DNA of 64,000 nt. It comes from the human T2T-CHM13v2.0 reference genome, Homo sapiens. This document shows, one piece after another, positions 60,335 through 64,000 of this stretch. The translations under genes were made by a program, and so were the position numbers. Each line of letters starts with the position of its first letter. Position 1 is the stretch's first letter. Location of the stretch: the NCBI RefSeq assembly GCF_009914755.1, contig NC_060932.1; one strand, given 5' to 3'. The notes under the pieces were generated by a model. It was not told the DNA's origin and made no database searches. It worked only from the letters and a program-made list of their open reading frames with translations.

Positions 60335-61080
60335 TATGCATTTATTTAACCAGCTGTTATTTAGCATCTACTGAACCTCTTGCATTCTACTAGGTACCAG
60401 GAATACGATGGTGAATGAGATCGACATAGCTTCTGCCTTTGCAGATTCTTCTGAGAATGATGTGACCTCAGCCCTCATTAACCATGTAGTCCAGTGGGAA
60501 AGACATTTAAGTAGCTAGGAAATAAAAGATTGCTATGGAGGACAGCAAGAGCAACTCAACTAGACAAAGAGTGAACCAAGGAAAGGAAGACTTCTAGAGT
60601 AAGTGAGGATAAGCTTATTTCCAAAGGATCAATAAAAGTTATCCAGTACAATAGAGGGATGAGGACACTGTGGTCAAGAAAAGTCCAGGAATACCATGTT
60701 AAAAGTGAGATGGGACATGCACATTATGGGAAATTAAAGAGGTTCAATGAGTGAGCATGAATGGGGGATGATCAGTAGAGATGGTTGGAGGGGTTGGCAG
60801 GTGCCAGTTGGCTTGGGGGCTTGAAAGCCATAAAAAGGAGCCAGGGCTTTGTCTTATGAAGAATGGGATGCCAATAAAAGGATTCAGGCAGAGAATTTGT
60901 ATGATCTGATTGATGTTTCAGTGAACTCACTCCACTAATATGATTGTGAGTGGGCCATTGCTGTATAGAGTCCGGAAAACAAGTGATGTATCCAGAAGTA
61001 GAGTGTGGGCAGGGAAGATGGAGAATAGATAGATCCAAAACATAGTTAGGGAATAGAATCAGTTGGAATTATTAGGATAA
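60335..61080 (-). mobile_element. L2 fragment
   Basis: gcatttatttaaccagctgttatttagcatctactg...ctaggtaccaggaatac...gatcactcc/actccacta motifs. Confidence 0.75.
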
Positions 61081-61341
61081 TCCAGATCACTCCTTTTGTC
61101 CCATCTTCACACTCCCCATTACCATGCCGAAAATTTGGATTCCTAGGTATCTTACCTCACTGGGAGCAAATACCCTGGTCTGACTTACTACTATATTTAG
61201 ACTGGTAAATTTCTCATTGTCTATTAATAAGCTATATTTCTTATTGCACACTTCAAACTCATGTGTGTTTAGTTTGTAAATTTAAATCAGGATTCTCAAG
61301 TCTGATAAGTTCTAGGACTCCAGTAAGATTACCTGGATCTG

Positions 61342-61691
<350 letters not shown>

Positions 61692-62559
61692 TCATGCCAT
61701 CCCGCAAATCTTCTTGATAGGGGCTCTGCTACCCACATTTATGTTACAAGGTATCTCCTTTGAACTTCTATCTGTCTCAGAGAGGCTTTGAGTCATTTAT
61801 TAGTTCTAGTTCCATTTAGTTCAGAGAGCAAGAGCAGCACTAAAAGCAGTCAGTGTTAGGAAAAAGCTTATTAGAGTAGAACAACAGTAAATTGGAGTTC
61901 CCCAAATCTTTCATGTTTATAGTCACAGTCACATAACTTTCAAGACTGTGCAAGGCAAAGAAATGTAAACCACAAGCTATGCCTAGATAGTGGTAAGTGT
62001 CACTTGGGAAGGAAGCCCAGCTATCTCAAAAGAGAAGATTTATGCTATTCCAAAGCCTCAATGCAAGTAACCTCTTAAGTTAAATCAGTCATGGCTCTGA
62101 ATTTAACTTCTTTTGATTTGCAAGTAGCAATGTCATTTGAGCTAATTATCAATTAATTGTTCAAGATTTGCTTTCAGTCGTATGCCATTACATATATTTC
62201 CTCATGATTGATCTCATAAACCCATCTAAATTTGTAACTCCCATTATTGTCTCAATGCATCACAAATATTTCTTTCAAACTATTATTATCATTTTCAGTT
62301 ATACAATTGTAAAATAATTTCCTTATTATTCACTTCTTCAAGTAGTTCTGTTGTGCTCATCCTCATGTTCTTATTTTTTATTGCCTGTTAGGTACTCACC
62401 AAATATTTATTGGTTAATCATTTAGGTGATTGATTGCATGGGTTTGCAAGTTGGGTTACAAGACTATAGAGGTTTGTGGTTTTATGATTACACATATTTC
62501 TGCAGGGAATGATTTCTTGATGATCCTGAAGGATTTCATCCAGTTCCCCATAGCTGGAT

Positions 62560-62840
62560 ATATGCTGTGAGTAAAACCTAAAGCTCAGAGAAGTTAAATA
62601 GCTTTCTGCAGATTACACCACAATGGTTAAGAACATCAACTCTGGAGCTGGACTAGCTCCACTGCTTGTTAAATGTATGACCATGGGCAACTCACCTAAC
62701 TTCTCTGTGTCCCAGGCTTCTCATTTGTAAAATGGGGATGATAAAAGTACCTCTGTCATGAGCTTGTTTTAGGATTTAAAGTACTTAAGAGAGTGTTTGG
62801 CACCTAATAAGTGTTACTTACTATTAGCTATTATTATTAC
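62560..62840. mobile_element. MIR fragments (short minus core followed by a plus copy)
   Basis: aagctcagagaagttaaata; tgaccatgggcaactcacctaacttctctgtgtcccaggcttctcatttgtaaaatggggatgataa. Confidence 0.8.
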
Positions 62841-63499
62841 ATAATTGAAAATAATCTAGGCTTTCTAATTCCTAGAATCCTAAGCCCAACCTTGTGTTCA
62901 ACACTGTGGTCGGGTTTTCTGTTACCTGTAGCTGAAAGCACCCCTAACAGACACAAAGAGGCAAAATTGAAGATATATTTCAAGCAGAAGAAAGTCTGAA
63001 CAAAGGGTCTGTCTTCCCAAGAGGTAGGTTGGAAGCCTAGCATGGCAGGCATGAGAGTGGATAGTAAAAAGAGAGAAGTGTGTGGGGAATGGCTACAAGT
63101 GAAAGTCCCTGAACGCTATAGGTGTGGATTTGTATTTATATTTTATAATAACAAGCTAACAGAGAATTTTAGACAGTTAAGTGATGTGATTAATATTGCT
63201 TATTTAGAAAAGTAATCCAGTCATTTTTCTACAGTGCACTGGAAGCAGGTTAAGAGAGAGGTATAGTAGTTTAAAGAAGGGATGAACCGAAACGGCAGTA
63301 ATGGAATGAAGGAGAGAGACCATCCACAAGAGAACTTCATGTTTCTGGCACCAGAAGACTCCTTACCTAGCAATAGCTAAAAAGCTGGGAAGTTTGGAGA
63401 AGGAGTTTAGAAGTGAAGTAGGACTATGGAGTCAAACTGTTGGATTGAATCATAGCTCCTCCACTTATTACGTGCATATACTTCTGCAAGATCCTCAAT

Positions 63500-64000
63500 C
63501 TCAAAAAGCCAGTGTTCTCACCTGGGAAGATCTTCTTCTATGTTTTCTTCCAGATTTTTTATGGCGTCATGGTTTACATTCAAGATTGCGATCAATTTTG
63601 AGCAATATTTTGCATGTGGCATGAGGCATGAGTTATTTTTCATATGGATGTCAAATCATTCAAACATCATTTTCTCAATAAGACTACTCTTTCCCTCATT
63701 GAATTACCTTGGCACCTTTATTGAAAGTCAACTGTCCATGTATGTGTAAGTTTATCTCAAAATTCTATTTAGTTTTATGGATCAATATGTTTTTCCATTG
63801 TCTTAATTACGATAGCTTTATGGTAAGTTTTGAAATCAGGTAATGTGGGTTCCCAAACTTTATCTTTTCCAAAAATTTTGACTAGTTTAAGGCTTTTGAT
63901 TTTCCATGTCAATAAGAAGAGCTTGTCAATTTCTAGAAAAGGACTTGCTGGTATTTTAATTAGGATTATACTAACGTACATCAATCTGTAGATCAACTGG
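63500..64000 (-). mobile_element. L1M ORF2 fragment running off the right edge
   Basis: Minus ORF TLPDFKTYHKAIVIKT is an L1 ORF2p motif. Confidence 0.85.

Overview
This is a primate (catarrhine, most likely human or ape) intergenic or intronic window. It is CpG-poor and dominated by transposable elements, and I found no supportable host protein-coding exon. Nearly all listed ORFs are fragments of L1, ERV, THE1 or Alu sequence, or noise. The large elements are a full-length L1PB3-like LINE (21350-27686), a two-LTR HERV9/LTR12F provirus with a pol-env deletion (34865-42585), a full-length THE1 MaLR (44843-47151) and a full-length L1PA8A/L1PA10-like LINE (51817-58357). There are also about 9 Alus and many MIR, L2, L3, MLT1 and MER relics. 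Subfamily names come from recalled consensus sequences, not a RepeatMasker run, and boundaries of old repeats are approximate. The most unusual structures are: (1) an L1 insertion that carries, inside its TSDs, a ~105-bp copy of DNA from 1840 bp upstream; (2) a TSD-flanked retrocopy joining an mRNA-like 3' end head-to-head with an inverted 5S rRNA fragment, suggesting twin priming on two different RNAs; (3) an ERV9 with a tRNA-Pro-like PBS, a duplicated major splice donor and an in-frame integrase-env fusion ORF; (4) a ~160-bp fold-back palindrome inside an MLT1 LTR. I see no evidence of a new gene system. The signals here are mechanistic fossils of retrotransposition.
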